Positions 19,074 through 27,802 of a DNA stretch of 32,210 nucleotides are shown one piece after another. The DNA comes from an uncultured Dehalococcoidia bacterium. GTDB lineage: Bacteria; Chloroflexota; Dehalococcoidia; Lucifugimonadales; UBA3495. The first letter of the stretch is position 1. The number at the start of each line of letters is the position of its first letter. Position numbers and translations under genes: made by a program. Location: assembly GCA_964451445.1 (NCBI GenBank), contig CAYVIG010000004.1, positions 1 through 32,210 of the forward strand, in the 5' to 3' direction. Under the pieces are notes generated by a model, which did no database searches, was not told the DNA's origin, and worked only from the letters and a program-made list of their open reading frames with translations.

Positions 19074-19871
19074 TTAAAGGACCGCGGAAGCTCCGCCGTC
19101 CAGGTTGACCGCGATACCTGTCAGGTAACTGGCTCGCTCGGAAGCCAAGAAGGTGATCACATCACCGGCTTCTTCAGGCTCGGCGACACGGCCGATGGGC
19201 ACCGAACGGCCCTGGGCCAGTTCGGAATAGAACGTGTCCAGGGTCAGGTTGGGTTCCTTTTCGATGCGGGCGTCGTATCGGCGTTGGTGCTGGCCACTCT
19301 TGACCAGACCTATGCAGACGGTGGTCACCAGGATGTTTTCCTTGGCCAAGTCTTTGGAGAGGCCCTTGGTAATAGCGATACCCGCGGCACGGGAGATGGA
19401 CGTTGGCATGGAGGCAGGACCAGGGGTCCGACCACCCAGGTTGGTCACATTGATGATGCGACCGCCGCCGACCTTCCGCATCTCGCCGATGGAGTCTTGC
19501 ATCAGGCGGACCGCCGCCCAGACCTTCAATTCGAAGTCTCCTTGCCAGTCTTCATGGCTCACGTCCTCGAAGGGTTTGGCCATGGACGACCCCGCGTTGT
19601 TCACAATGATGTCCACGCGACCGAAGTTGTCGATGGCCGTCTGGATCATCTTCTTGGACGCGCCGTCTGTCGTGATGTCCAGTGCGAGAGGGACAACCGA
19701 GCCCTCCGTCGCCGTCTTGATCTCCTGAATCGCCTGGTCCAATACTTCCTGTCGGCGGGCCACGATGACCACATTGGCGCCTTCTTTGGCCATGCTCAGC
19801 GCAGCGGCTTTACCGATGCCATCACTGCCACCAGTGATGATTGCAACCTTGCCCTCTAATCCCATGTCCAT
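19074..19871 (-). CDS. Short-chain dehydrogenase/reductase
   Basis: TGGSDGIG, NNAG. The canonical YxxxK is replaced by PTSISRAAG (atypical SDR). AGGAG RBS. Confidence 0.9.
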   Translation of the reverse strand: MDMGLEGKVAIITGGSDGIGKAAALSMAKEGANVVIVARRQEVLDQAIQEIKTATEGSVVPLALDITTDGASKKMIQTAIDNFGRVDIIVNNAGSSMAKPFEDVSHEDWQGDFELKVWAAVRLMQDSIGEMRKVGGGRIINVTNLGGRTPGPASMPTSISRAAGIAITKGLSKDLAKENILVTTVCIGLVKSGQHQRRYDARIEKEPNLTLDTFYSELAQGRSVPIGRVAEPEEAGDVITFLASERASYLTGIAVNLDGGASAVL

Positions 19872-19954
19872 AGTAGTGTCTCCTGCTAATTAACGGAATC
19901 TTAACTTTACATAACCAGAGAACACTCAGACATGGCTCTGGCGAATCGGCAATC

Positions 19955-19964
19955 ATTGTAGCAC
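19955..19964 (-). promoter_or_regulatory. Extended -10 element upstream of the SDR
   Basis: GTGCTACAAT on the minus strand, suggesting the SDR is transcribed separately from the trp operon. Confidence 0.4.
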
Positions 19965-20033
19965 AAGGATTTATACCGAATTACGTCTGGTGTAGGCTCC
20001 GGCCTAACTTCCAAATCCGGTGGGGTGGTCTCT

Positions 20034-21248
20034 CTAAATCTGGAGTCCCGAGGCCTGCGCAACTATGTCTATATCCTTGTCGCCGCGTCCGCTGAGGCAG
20101 ACTAGGACGACCTGGTCGGACGTTAGCGTCTTAGCCAGCTCAACAGCGGCCGAGACGGCGTGGGAGGACTCCAAGGCCGGAATTATCCCTTCGGTGCGGC
20201 ACAGCAAATGGAACGCCTCCAGGGCCTGGGCATCGGTCACGTCCCGGTACTCGGCCCTTCCGGAAGCCTTCAAATAGCTGTGCTCGGGGCCAACTCCCGG
20301 GTAATCCAACCCAGCAGAGATGCTGTGGGTCTCCGTAACCTGGCCGTGCTCGTCTTGGAGCAGATAGGACATTGCCCCGTGCAGCACTCCGGGCCGCCCG
20401 GCGCTGAGGGTGGCTGAATGCCTGCCGGTATCGACGCCGTCCCCTCCGGCTTCCAGGCCGATCAACTTAACATCTTCGTCGGGCACAAATGGGTGGAACA
20501 TACCAATTGAGTTGCTACCACCGCCGACGCACGCCAATACATAATCGGGCAGTTTGCCTTCAATCTCCAGCAGTTGAGCGCGGGCCTCCCTTCCGATGAC
20601 CGTTTGGAAGTCACGCACCATCACCGGGTAGGGGTGCGGGCCGACAACGCTACCGATCAGGTAGTGGGTGGTCTCGACGTTGGTTACCCAGTCGCGGATG
20701 GCCTCGTTGATGGCGTCTTTCAGGGTCTGGGTGCCCGAGTCTACTGGGATGACCTCAGCCTCCAGCAGCTTCATACGGAAGACGTTCAGCGACTGGCGTT
20801 TAACGTCCTCACTGCCCATGTAGACGATGCACTCCAGGCCGAGCATGGCGCAGGCAGTGGCCGAGGCTACGCCGTGCTGTCCCGCGCCGGTCTCAGCGAT
20901 GATCCGCTTCTTGCCCATGTGCTGGGCCAATAGAGCCTGGCCCAGGGCGTTATTGATCTTGTGGGCGCCGGTATGAGCCAGATCTTCACGCTTGAGATAT
21001 ATCTTGGCTCCGCCGCAGACTCGGGTCAGGTTCTCAGCGAAGTACAGGGATGTGGGCCGCCCGGCATAGCTGTGAAGCAGATGGGCCAGGCGAGTTTGAA
21101 AGTCGTCGTCTTCCTTCGCGCTGATGTAGGCCGATTCAAGTTCAGCGACCGCAGCCATGAGAGTCTCAGGGATGAATTTCCCGCCAAAGTCGCCAAACCT
21201 ACCTCGGTCGTCTGGAAAGTGTTGGCCCGCCGTATTTGCATCTGCCAT
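20034..21248 (-). CDS. trpB: Tryptophan synthase beta subunit (TrpB1 type)
   Basis: [60 protein letters not shown]. Confidence 0.97.
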   Translation of the reverse strand: MADANTAGQHFPDDRGRFGDFGGKFIPETLMAAVAELESAYISAKEDDDFQTRLAHLLHSYAGRPTSLYFAENLTRVCGGAKIYLKREDLAHTGAHKINNALGQALLAQHMGKKRIIAETGAGQHGVASATACAMLGLECIVYMGSEDVKRQSLNVFRMKLLEAEVIPVDSGTQTLKDAINEAIRDWVTNVETTHYLIGSVVGPHPYPVMVRDFQTVIGREARAQLLEIEGKLPDYVLACVGGGSNSIGMFHPFVPDEDVKLIGLEAGGDGVDTGRHSATLSAGRPGVLHGAMSYLLQDEHGQVTETHSISAGLDYPGVGPEHSYLKASGRAEYRDVTDAQALEAFHLLCRTEGIIPALESSHAVSAAVELAKTLTSDQVVLVCLSGRGDKDIDIVAQASGLQI

Positions 21249-21268
21249 TGGTTGTTCCTTCCTATTCG

Positions 21269-21946
21269 TTAAGCTGACTTGGCGGCAGCGTTTCTGGCAT
21301 TGTTCAAGAATAGCCGTATCTTGGTGTGGTCTTTGTTGCCGTCTGTTTCCACTCCGCTGGAGACGTCTACACCCCAGGGGTTCACGGTGGTTATAGCTTC
21401 GGCCACGTTCTCTGGCGTTAATCCACCGGCCAGCAAGAACGGATGGCCGGCCCGGGACAGTGACGTCGCAACGCCCCAGTCGAAACCCTGTCCGGTGCCG
21501 CCTTGGATCCCCTCAACGAATCTGTCCAGCGTCACCAGGTGCCCCAGTCCGCTAAATTCTTTTACGCGTGCCCCGGTTCCGGAATCGTCGTCTGCGGTTG
21601 CAGACTCGGCTACATGCACCACCTTAATCACGCCACAGCCAAGTTCTCCGGCATATTTGACCGTCTCCTGACCGCAGAGTTGCACTAAGTCCAGACCACA
21701 GTAGTCTATGATCCCTGAGACTTCTTCCACCGACTGATCGGCAAACAACCCCACTATCCTTGGGACGCTGCCACTGGAAGCCCTAACGCCTTCCACTATG
21801 ACTTTCGCTTCCTGAGGGGTTATACGGCGTCGACGCTCTGGGACGAAGACCATGCCGATGTAGTCGGCCCCAGCCTCAGCGGCGACCGATGCGTCGTCCA
21901 GGTTGCGGATGCCGCAGATTTTCACTCTCATGTGGTGGGAATCCAT
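21269..21946 (-). CDS. trpF: Phosphoribosylanthranilate isomerase
   Basis: [35 protein letters not shown]. Confidence 0.95.
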   Translation of the reverse strand: MDSHHMRVKICGIRNLDDASVAAEAGADYIGMVFVPERRRRITPQEAKVIVEGVRASSGSVPRIVGLFADQSVEEVSGIIDYCGLDLVQLCGQETVKYAGELGCGVIKVVHVAESATADDDSGTGARVKEFSGLGHLVTLDRFVEGIQGGTGQGFDWGVATSLSRAGHPFLLAGGLTPENVAEAITTVNPWGVDVSSGVETDGNKDHTKIRLFLNNARNAAAKSA

Positions 21947-21948
21947 AG

Positions 21949-22749
21949 CTAGGCCTTAGGTGCCTTCTGTCCCGTGAGCTCCCGCACCTTTTCTCCAACG
22001 TCCGGCGCCGTGACGAGAGCCTCGCCCACCAAGACTGCGTTGACCCGAACCTTATTCATCTGACGCAGGTGGTCCCGAGTGAAGATTCCGCTCTCGCTGA
22101 CAATCTGTTTGCCCCTGGGAATCAGCGGCGCGATACGCTCTGTCACCGACAAGTCGGTGGTGAAGGTACGGAGGTCGCGGTTGTTGATGCCGATGATCTC
22201 CGCTCCAGCCTCTATTGCCATCTCAAGCTCATCTGCGTCGTGTACCTCCACCAGGCATTGCATCCAATGCGACTGGGCAGCCTCCAGCAATTCTTTCAAT
22301 TGGGTCGGCTCCAGGATGGCCACGATGAGCAGCATAGCGTCAGCGCCCACCGCCCTAGTCTCAATCACCTGGTAGGGATCAAATATAAAGTCTTTGCGGA
22401 TGACCGGAGCCCGTTGGGATACTCCAGTCTCTTTGATCTGCTGCAGGAAACCAAGTTCACCCTGAAACCGAAGGTCGGTGAGGCATGAGATGGCCGCCGC
22501 GCCGTTGTTGGCATAGGTCTCGGCCAGTTTCAGGTGGTCGAAGTCGGGCATCAGCAGGCCCCTGGAGGGCGAGGCCTTCTTGACCTCCGCAATCAACCGC
22601 ACCCCACCGCCCAGCAAGGCTCCGGACAGGTTCAACGGACGAGGCTGATCAGCAGCAGCGGACTCCAGTTCCGCAACTGATATTTGTGCCTTGCTCTCAG
22701 CAAGTTCTAACCGCTTAGCAGTGACTATTTCATCAAGGATGTTTGGCAT
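21949..22749 (-). CDS. trpC: Indole-3-glycerol phosphate synthase
   Basis: IAEVKKASPSRG, RKDFIFDPYQ, LVEVH, GINNRDL, SESGI, LVGEAL. Confidence 0.96.
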   Translation of the reverse strand: MPNILDEIVTAKRLELAESKAQISVAELESAAADQPRPLNLSGALLGGGVRLIAEVKKASPSRGLLMPDFDHLKLAETYANNGAAAISCLTDLRFQGELGFLQQIKETGVSQRAPVIRKDFIFDPYQVIETRAVGADAMLLIVAILEPTQLKELLEAAQSHWMQCLVEVHDADELEMAIEAGAEIIGINNRDLRTFTTDLSVTERIAPLIPRGKQIVSESGIFTRDHLRQMNKVRVNAVLVGEALVTAPDVGEKVRELTGQKAPKA

Positions 22750-22752
22750 GAC

Positions 22753-22959
22753 TTATCGAAGACTAACTTCCTGTTCATTGACCATGCTCGTGATAGAGCT
22801 CAAAAGCAACTCGTGACCACCCTGAATCTCTAACAACGCCGGGTTACCCTTAGTGCTGAAGTGGGTGATTACTTCACTTGATTCTTCTGCATGATCCACA
22901 GACGCGTCTGACACTTGAATTGCCAGAATATCCACTTCCCGACTGTAATTAATCTTCAT
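22753..22959 (-). CDS. DUF2283-family small protein (putative antitoxin)
   Basis: MKINYSREVDILAIQVSDASVDHAEE...ITHFSTKGNPALLEI matches the MKIxYDxEVDILxI...G..LEI family pattern as recalled (not searched). Confidence 0.8.
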   Translation of the reverse strand: MKINYSREVDILAIQVSDASVDHAEESSEVITHFSTKGNPALLEIQGGHELLLSSITSMVNEQEVSLR

Positions 22960-23202
22960 GTCGATCCTGCCTTGCTAGATAAATGGTGACAATCACCATC
23001 TCACCGTTCTCTTCGTATACTACTCGCAAGATACGGCCCTCATCTAGTTCCAAACTAGCAACAGAGCGACCCCGATAGCCTGGGATGACGTATGAGTGGT
23101 AGTTATGTCGTTTGTGATCTTTTCAAGATCAATTGTAAAACCCCAGTTTCGCATCAATGTCGCTTTATCCAAAGCGTACTGAGTGTATCTGACTCGATTC
23201 AT
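22949..23202 (-). pseudogene. DUF4258-like (RelE/BrnT-fold) putative toxin, frameshifted
   Basis: ATG 23202 gives MNRVRYTQYALDKATLMRNWGFTIDLEKITNDIT; the -1 frame then gives YVIPGYRGRSVASLELDEGRILRVVYEENGEMVIVTIYLARQDRHED*, which overlaps the DUF2283 start. Span 254 nt (one base short). Confidence 0.7.
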
Positions 23203-23204
23203 AC

Positions 23205-24218
23205 TCAGCCCCGTTGGCTGACCTCTATCATGGATTCCATGCGGTCTTTGGCAGCTCCACTGTCGATGGTCTGGGCCGCGAGCTGCACACCGTCTCGGAT
23301 GTTGGAGACCAAATCACCCACCATTAGCACGCCGGCGCTGTTTAGCAGCACGTAATCGCGCACCGGACCGCCCTCGCCACCCAGCAAGGCACGCATCATG
23401 GCCGCGTTGGTTGTCTTGTCCTCGCCCCTCACGGCTTCTATGGGTGTAACTGGGAGACCGGTATCAGCAACGGACAGCGTCCAACTGCTCACCTGACCCT
23501 GTTTCACTTCATAGACAGAAGTGTCCCCCGATAGCGTCATCTCATCCAAGCCACCATCACCGTGGACGATGATCGAATGGTGGGTGTCCATCAGGCGTAG
23601 CACATCCGCCATCTTCTGGCCTAATTCAGGGAAGGCCACACCCACCAACATGGACTGCGCTCCAGCCGGGTTGGTGAGCGGCCCCAGGATGTTGAATACA
23701 GTACGGATGCCGATCTCACGGCGCACCGGTCCAGCGTGACGCATGGCCGGATGAAAAGCCTGGGCAAACATAAAGCCGATGCCGCTCTCCCTGATGCACC
23801 GTTCCACACCTTCGGGCGTCAGCTCTATATTCACACCCAGCCCCTCCAGGACATCCGCGCTGCCGCAGGTGCCCGAAGCCGCCCGGTTGCCGTGCTTGGC
23901 TACTTTCAAACCAGCACCAGCAGCAACGAACGCCGCCGCCGTGGAGATGTTGAAGGTGTTGAGGCCGTCACCACCGGTGCCGACGGAGTCGACCAACATG
24001 CCTTCGACATTTACTCGCAGGGAGAACTCCCGCATAACCGTAGCCATGCCTGCGATCTCCTCGTTGGTCTCGCCCTTGATCCTAAGTGCGGTCAGGTACG
24101 ACCCCAGTTGAGCGGGTGTAGCCTCGCCCGACATGATCTCACGCATGACCGACGCTGCACCGTCCATGGAAAGGGAATTTCCCGAAACGGCTGCGTCTAT
24201 GGCTTCTCTGATATCCAA
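23205..24218 (-). CDS. trpD: Anthranilate phosphoribosyltransferase
   Basis: DSVGTGGDG.NTFNIST, KHGNRAASGTCGSADVLE, FHPAMRH, RTVFNILGPLTNPA. Confidence 0.97.
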   Translation of the reverse strand: MDIREAIDAAVSGNSLSMDGAASVMREIMSGEATPAQLGSYLTALRIKGETNEEIAGMATVMREFSLRVNVEGMLVDSVGTGGDGLNTFNISTAAAFVAAGAGLKVAKHGNRAASGTCGSADVLEGLGVNIELTPEGVERCIRESGIGFMFAQAFHPAMRHAGPVRREIGIRTVFNILGPLTNPAGAQSMLVGVAFPELGQKMADVLRLMDTHHSIIVHGDGGLDEMTLSGDTSVYEVKQGQVSSWTLSVADTGLPVTPIEAVRGEDKTTNAAMMRALLGGEGGPVRDYVLLNSAGVLMVGDLVSNIRDGVQLAAQTIDSGAAKDRMESMIEVSQRG

Positions 24219-24238
24219 TTTTTTCTCCTGTTTATTGG

Positions 24239-24823
24239 CTAGGCGGCTGCCGCAGCGCTCACCCGGTCCAGGAAATTTTGCAGCAGGTGTTTCCCGTCTG
24301 GAGTCAGGATGGACTCCGGATGAAACTGTACGCCCTCGATGGGATATTCCTTGTGGCGCAGTCCCATCACAAGGCCGTCTCCGGTGGTCGCCGTAACTTC
24401 CAAGGTGTCGGGGATGGTCTCAGGATAGACCACCAAGGAGTGGTACCTGATGGCTTCGAAGGGGTTGGGCAGTCCAGCCAGAATGCCGGCTCCGTTGTGA
24501 TTCACCATGGAGGTCTTTCCGTGACGAATCTCGTCTGCCCGATCAACCTTAGCGCCGTACACGTGGCCGATGCACTGATGCCCCAGGCACACGCCCAAAG
24601 TAGGTGTGTTGGGGCCAAAATGCCGGATCACATCGTTGGAGATCCCAGCCTCCCGAGGCGTGGACGGCCCTGGAGAGATGATTATCCCCTCGGGGGCCAT
24701 ATCGGTAATCTCCTCCAGTGAGATTTTGTCGTTACGGACCACCTCGACCTCGGCCCCCAGTTCGCATAGGTACTGGTACAGGTTGTAGGTAAAGCTATCG
24801 TAATTGTCGATCATTAAAAGCAT
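24239..24823 (-). CDS. trpG: Anthranilate synthase component II (glutamine amidotransferase)
   Basis: IDNYDSFTYNL, SPGP, GVCLGHQ, RYHSL, QFHPES. Confidence 0.95.
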   Translation of the reverse strand: MLLMIDNYDSFTYNLYQYLCELGAEVEVVRNDKISLEEITDMAPEGIIISPGPSTPREAGISNDVIRHFGPNTPTLGVCLGHQCIGHVYGAKVDRADEIRHGKTSMVNHNGAGILAGLPNPFEAIRYHSLVVYPETIPDTLEVTATTGDGLVMGLRHKEYPIEGVQFHPESILTPDGKHLLQNFLDRVSAAAAA

Positions 24824-24861
24824 GGTTATTCCTCAATTACATCTGGTTGGTGTTCAAGAAT

Positions 24862-25302
24862 TTAGAAAAGTTCGATGAACTCCAGCCAGTTGCCATCGGG
24901 GTCCTGGGAGTAAGCTGCCTTTCGCAGCAGCTTGCCGTCGTCATCGAACAGCGATGCTGGAGGGTTGTTATAGGTGATTCCATTCTTGGACGTCTCCGCA
25001 TGGAACGTGTCTATATCTTCGACCAGGAAGGCCAGGTGGGACGCGCCCAGGTCATTCCGGTGCAGGTTGTTCTCTCCGCTGGCCGGGGACAGGTACTGGA
25101 TCAATTCAAGCTGGTGGCCCTCTCCCATATCCAAGAAACCGCCCTTGATGTGGGCGTCTGGGAAGGCCAGCATCTGTTGGGCGAACTCGCCTTTGCGTTC
25201 AGAGCGACCGGCAATGCGCATACCCAAGACATCAGCATAGAATTTCACCGACGCCTCAATGTCTTTGACTACAAACCCTGTATGAAAAAATGACTTCAAC
25301 AT
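24862..25302 (-). CDS. VOC (glyoxalase/methylmalonyl-CoA epimerase-like) protein
   Basis: FHTGFVVKDIEASVKFY..VLG, LELIQY, SHLAFLVEDID, DPDGNWLEFIE; metal ligands H/E/H/E are present. AGGAG RBS. Confidence 0.9.
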   Translation of the reverse strand: MLKSFFHTGFVVKDIEASVKFYADVLGMRIAGRSERKGEFAQQMLAFPDAHIKGGFLDMGEGHQLELIQYLSPASGENNLHRNDLGASHLAFLVEDIDTFHAETSKNGITYNNPPASLFDDDGKLLRKAAYSQDPDGNWLEFIELF

Positions 25303-25355
25303 TTTTCTCTCCTGTTATCTAACTCGTTGATTGATTAAGACTGACGGATTTCTAT

Positions 25356-26810
25356 CTAGTCTGCGCCCTCGGCCAGATTGATGGCCCGCATAAGGGCTCC
25401 TGCCTTGTGGCGGGTCTCCTGGAACTCGTCCTCACCCACGCTGTCGGCAACGATTCCCCCGCCAGCCTGCACATACATGACACCATCTTTATAGACCCCG
25501 GTGCGCAACACCAACGCGGTATCCATGTCACCGGAATAACCAAAGTAGCCCACGGCACCGCCGTACGGGCCGCGTTTTTGGCCTTCAACCTCGGCTATTA
25601 TCTCCATGGCCCGAATCTTGGGCGCGCCGGATACGGTGCCAGCGGGGAAACATGACCGAAGGGCGTCGTAAGAGGTCATACCTTCCCTGAGATCTCCCTC
25701 CACGTGGGAGACCAGGTGCATCACATGAGAGAATTTCTCAACGTCCATCAACTGGGTAACTTCAACTGTGCCAGGCTTGCTAACCCGGCCGATGTCGTTC
25801 CGGCCCAGGTCAACCAGCATGATGTGCTCGGCCCGCTGCTTCTCGCTACCCTTCAACTCGGTTTCGTTGGCATCGTCCTCGACGGGAGTGGTGCCGCGGG
25901 GCCTGGTACCTGCGATGGGATGGGTGGCCGCCCTCCTCCCGTGCACCGTGACCACCGTCTCGATGGCCGCGCCCACGATCTGGAAGTCGTCTAGGTTCAG
26001 GTAGTACATATACGGCGAGGGGTTGATACTGCGAAGGGACCGGTAGATCTGGAAGGGGTGGGCAACTGTACGCCGCGAGAACCGTTGCGAGTTAACCACC
26101 TGGATCACGTCACCGGAGTGGACGTATTCCACGCACCTGTCGATGATCTTGCCGTAATTCTCAGGCGTGAAATTGGACTCGATATTCCCCGAAACCAACT
26201 TGGATGCTCCCTCGGTCTGAAGCTCCGGCGGCAATACCAGGGGTTGGGCCAGCCGCCGCACCATCTCGTTGATCTTGGCGGTAGCTCTTCGGTACTCAGT
26301 CACGATGTCACCGTCCAGCTTCACGTGGCTGACCACCTTGATGTCGTGCCTGATATGGTCAAAGACGAGCAGGGTATCACAGAACATGAACACCGATTCC
26401 GGCACGCCCACCGGGTCTTCGGGCATCTCCGGCACCCGGGGCTCAAAGTAACGGATGGTGTCGTAGGCTAGGTAGCCCACCGCGCCGCCGTGGAAGCCGG
26501 GTAGGCCTTCCACAGGCACCAGTCGGAATTGGTCCATCTCTTCTTGAATGGGATTCAGCGGGTCGATTTCGCCCAGTTCTTCCCTGGCGCCGGTCTTGAC
26601 CACTTTGTAGGGGTCCGTTCCGATGAAGCTATAGCGGCTGATTCGCTCCCCGCCCTCCACGCTCTCAAGCAAGAAGGAATATGGCCCCTGAGCCACCTTC
26701 AGGTAGGCTGAAACCGGGGTTTCCAGGTCTGCGTTGATAGAACGATATACCGGCACCAGGTTGCCCTGGTCGGTCATCTGCTTAACTTGTTCCAGTGTCG
26801 GTGTGTACAT
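25356..26810 (-). CDS. trpE: Anthranilate synthase component I
   Basis: ADLETPVSAY, LLESVEGGE.ISRYSF, NPSPYMY, PIAGTRPRG, AEHIMLVDLGRND, PAGTVSGAPKIRAMEII, QAGGGIVADS. Confidence 0.96.
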   Translation of the reverse strand: MYTPTLEQVKQMTDQGNLVPVYRSINADLETPVSAYLKVAQGPYSFLLESVEGGERISRYSFIGTDPYKVVKTGAREELGEIDPLNPIQEEMDQFRLVPVEGLPGFHGGAVGYLAYDTIRYFEPRVPEMPEDPVGVPESVFMFCDTLLVFDHIRHDIKVVSHVKLDGDIVTEYRRATAKINEMVRRLAQPLVLPPELQTEGASKLVSGNIESNFTPENYGKIIDRCVEYVHSGDVIQVVNSQRFSRRTVAHPFQIYRSLRSINPSPYMYYLNLDDFQIVGAAIETVVTVHGRRAATHPIAGTRPRGTTPVEDDANETELKGSEKQRAEHIMLVDLGRNDIGRVSKPGTVEVTQLMDVEKFSHVMHLVSHVEGDLREGMTSYDALRSCFPAGTVSGAPKIRAMEIIAEVEGQKRGPYGGAVGYFGYSGDMDTALVLRTGVYKDGVMYVQAGGGIVADSVGEDEFQETRHKAGALMRAINLAEGAD

Positions 26811-26925
26811 CTCGCTGCTCCAGTCCCCGGTCTACAGGGAAATCTAAATATTGAATTAAGACTTGCCTAGGTGCAGCGTCGCCAATTACCCATGTCATTC
26901 ACTCCCGACCTGAATAGTTTTTGCC

Positions 26926-26960
26926 AAAAAAAAAGACCCGTTCCCCACAAGGGACGAGTC
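26926..26960 (-). terminator. T-box intrinsic terminator
   Basis: GACTCGTCCCTTGTGGGGAACGGGTC followed by T9; its 5' arm CGTCCCT can alternatively pair with the T-box AGGG...ACG. Confidence 0.9.
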
Positions 26961-27245
26961 AAATCGTGTTGCCACCCTATTTTGCCGACGGCTCCCCAAG
27001 TTGTAGACGGGGTTCTTCCGGCTCCTCAATCGGCTGGGAGGACCTAGTCTACAGTTGCCCTCGTGCCGTGGACCTTTAACGACGCCCAACCGTCACAGCC
27101 TAGCTTGATTCCGATTTCATCGAGAACCACGATCGGCCTGCGGCTCCAGGGTCCATTCGTTCTTCTACTCAGAGTACCGGCTCACACCGAACCCGGCTCG
27201 CTTTGCTCCGTTGGAAGACTACTACTCCCCTTCACAGCCTTTGTA
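26926..27245 (-). ncRNA. T-box riboswitch, tryptophan specifier
   Basis: Stem I AGGCTGTGAAGGGGAGTAGTAG...AGCGAGCCGGG..GGTGTGAGCCGG...GAA-TGG-ACCCTGGAG (UGG at 27155-27153), a CGTTAA element, T-box AGGGTGGCAACACG (26978-26965), then the terminator. Confidence 0.93.
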
Positions 27246-27267
27246 TGTATTCGTTTGTGTGATTTTG

Positions 27268-27297
27268 AGTATAGGACTCCAAAATTTTTGTTGTCAA
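27268..27297 (-). promoter_or_regulatory. Sigma70-type promoter of the trp operon
   Basis: TTGACA (27297-27292), 18-nt spacer, TATACT (27273-27268), just upstream of the T-box. Confidence 0.8.
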
Positions 27298-27327
27298 GTT
27301 TTCGTGACTGACGACCCAAGTTACACC

Positions 27328-27768
27328 CTAGACCGTCGCATCTCCCAACCCGCCATGCTCCACGGGCACAGCTTCGGCTTCACCTGGCCAGGGCGGAGTG
27401 GTGTAGCAGAGAAACCGCAAAGGGATTTCTGGGTCTGCATTGAACTGAAAGCTCCAACCGGTGGGGATTGCCAGGCCGTCACCGGGCGAGACAGGAATAG
27501 CGGCCACGGATTCCGGCACGGCGTCGGATGGGCAACGCCAGACTTGGCCCTTCCCCTCCAGCACATACCAGATTTCTTCGACGGTCCGATGTCTTACCGG
27601 GCGGGTGACTTCTCCAGGGGCGAGGGTGACTTCCACCAGGCTGCTCTTTACCGCGCCTTGGTTGGCGTCCACCAGCAAGCGTATCTCAGAGCCGTCAGGG
27701 GCTGAGCCGTCGGGCGTTGGTTTGCGGTGTCCTATAGGTGGAACGGGATTGCCATTGGTCACACTCAT
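27328..27768 (-). CDS. Cupin domain protein
   Basis: APDGSEIRLL, HRTVEEIWYVLEGKGQVWR, PGDGLAIPTGWSFQF, TPPWPGEAEA; GAGG RBS. Confidence 0.88.
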   Translation of the reverse strand: MSVTNGNPVPPIGHRKPTPDGSAPDGSEIRLLVDANQGAVKSSLVEVTLAPGEVTRPVRHRTVEEIWYVLEGKGQVWRCPSDAVPESVAAIPVSPGDGLAIPTGWSFQFNADPEIPLRFLCYTTPPWPGEAEAVPVEHGGLGDATV

Positions 27769-27802
27769 TTTGACCTCACTTGGGATAAGTCAGCGCCGTG
27801 AT

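Noticed and set aside
23092-23355. Plus-strand 87-aa ORF
   Set aside because: Antisense to trpD and to the frameshifted toxin, which explain the region better.
26895-27089. 64-aa ORF as a trp leader peptide
   Set aside because: It contains no Trp codons and lies within the T-box structure.
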